NCBI GenBank assembly: GCA_053919585.1
Contig: CM132783.1
Origin: Euprymna scolopes
Lineage: Eukaryota
Reading direction: 5' to 3' (one strand)
Length of the DNA stretch: 64,000 nt
This document shows positions 62,221 to 64,000 of this stretch, piece by piece. The notes beneath the pieces were generated by a model. It did no database searches. It worked only from the letters and a program-made list of their open reading frames with translations, and was not told the DNA's origin. Positions within the stretch are counted from its first letter, which is position 1; each line of letters opens with the position of its first letter. The position numbers were made by a program, and so were the translations under genes.

Positions 62221-62570
62221 GAAAATTAAACTGAACGAACACTAATGAAAATTAAACTGAACGAACACTAATGAAAATTAAACTGGACGAATACTAATGA
62301 AAATTAAATAGGATGAACACTAATGAAAATTAAACTGGACGAACACTAATGAAAATTAAACTGAACGAACACTAATGAAAATTAAATTAGACGAACACTA
62401 ATGAAAATTAAACTGAACGAACACTAATGAAAATTAAATAGGATGAACACTAATGAAAATTAAACTGATCGAACACTAATGAAAATTAAACTGAACGAAC
62501 ACTAATGAAAATTAAACTAGACGAACACTAATGAAAATTAAACTGAACGAACACTAATGAAAATTAAACT
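62221..62570. repeat. 26-bp minisatellite, ~13.5 copies
   Basis: Unit gaaaattaaactgaacgaacactaat. Confidence 0.97.
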
Positions 62571-63153
62571 AAAAATATAAAATCAACAGTAGGTTCTTTG
62601 ATATGACAGGGGCGCGTTCAAAACGAATGTGTCTGTTTAGAGCACAATTGGTCCACGATACACGACGTTTTCGTCTTAAACTTTAATTCAAGCCATTATA
62701 TAAAATAATTTTAGCAAATCAACAGACTACTTTAATTCTACATCCCATGTCTTTTATAAATATTGTATCGAATGTTTTTCACATATAAGTCACATATTTA
62801 TTAACTAATGCGTGTACCTATTAGACTGCTTATCTGTTGATCAAATATGCGCCTTTCTTTAGTTGAGCTCCCTGGTAAGTGAACTTGCGAACTATCACTA
62901 GCTTATAGGCTATTGCTCTTTGTGTAAACAAATGGAGCTTTCAGCAAATTAAAACTATTTACATAAAGATTTCGCTCAGACTTAGCACGTGTCAGATGAT
63001 CGCGATTGCCATATAGACGATCGAGTTTTCATCTCGGCTAAGAGCATTTGCTTTTCTAGCCATAATGAAGAGATGTGATACAGCAAAACTTTCTATGAAT
63101 TAGTCTTGCTCCCTTTTTTACTTTCTCTCCCCTCCTTTCTCTCTCTCTCTCAC

Positions 63154-63221
<68 letters not shown>

Positions 63222-63226
63222 TATAT

Positions 63227-63870
63227 ATCTATATAATACTAAAAGTCTATGGATCTTGTATGTTTGCAATCAGATTTCCGGTTTTCAACATCCGGTTGCG
63301 CATGCGTAAATAGCAACGTCTTCAATCCGTTATTCCAATTCCGGAATTTTTATATCGCTTTTAATACAAACAATTTCATTTAATTTGATCAAATAGTTTT
63401 TTGTTTTTTTTTTACGGCTAAAAACATTCAACTTCGTAAAGTCTGTCGCAGTTTCAAAAAAACTTCTCCCTTTTAAAAAAACAAAAGTAAACAAACAAGA
63501 AAAACAACACTCATTATTAATAGAAACAGCGGCGGTGAAAGAAAACACCTCTCACTTTCCCTCTAATAGATTTCAACACTCCTACTCCCTCTGTTTTCGT
63601 TACGTACGCGAGAAATCTTTAATTCATGTCATTATAAATAAATAATTTTATAAAATCAACCGTAGTTTTTTGTTTGTTTTTTTTAATGGCTAAAAACATT
63701 CAACTTCGTAAAGTCTGTCGAATTTTCAAAAAAACTTCTCCCTTTTAAAAAACAACACTCATTATTAATAGAAACAGCGGCGGTGAAAGAAAACACCTCT
63801 CACTTTCACTCTCATAGATTTCAACACTCCTACTCCCTCTGTTTTCGTTACGTACGCGAGAAATAGTTAC
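63227..63870 (+). mobile_element. Probable Helitron-like element with ~200-bp internal direct duplication
   Basis: TCTATATAATACTAAAAG start; 63400-63617 is repeated at 63675-63864. Confidence 0.55.
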
Positions 63871-64000
63871 GTGTATGTGTGAGAGAGAGAAAAAGGGAGC
63901 GATGTAAAACTGGATAGTTAAGCGAAAGGAAAACATAAAAGTTTTTTTAAAACACTCAAATTGTACAAAAAATGTTGTAAATAGAAAAGTATTGTCTTAG

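Noticed and set aside
62221-62570. Regular array with a conserved part and a variable part, superficially CRISPR-like
   Set aside because: The variable parts are point variants of one sequence, not unique spacers. The context is eukaryotic and there are no cas genes.

Overview
This window is AT-rich, microsatellite-rich animal genomic DNA from a draft scaffold with about 15 short N gaps, several next to microsatellites. The repeat repertoire suggests an invertebrate, possibly a cephalopod or other lophotrochozoan (inference). I recognised no intact host protein-coding gene. Most of the window is decayed transposable elements: Tc1/mariner relatives (rosa DD41D, maT DD37D, several mariner DD34D), a Ty3/Gypsy remnant split by a rosa element, a Penelope-like element, RTE, R4/Dong-like and many CR1-group LINE fragments, non-autonomous Helitrons, MITE/foldback elements, two copies of a 5S-derived SINE, and mini/microsatellites. 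The most notable signal is at the RNA level. At 46651-47031 (minus strand) is a retrozyme-like unit with a 278-nt period, bounded by two type I hammerhead ribozyme motifs (one with an intact core) and containing a tRNA-Asp-like Pol III head. There is also a degenerate HDV-like ribozyme at the 5' end of the RTE element and several Penelope-type minimal hammerhead motifs. All structures, alignments and family calls were made by eye, and many boundaries are approximate.
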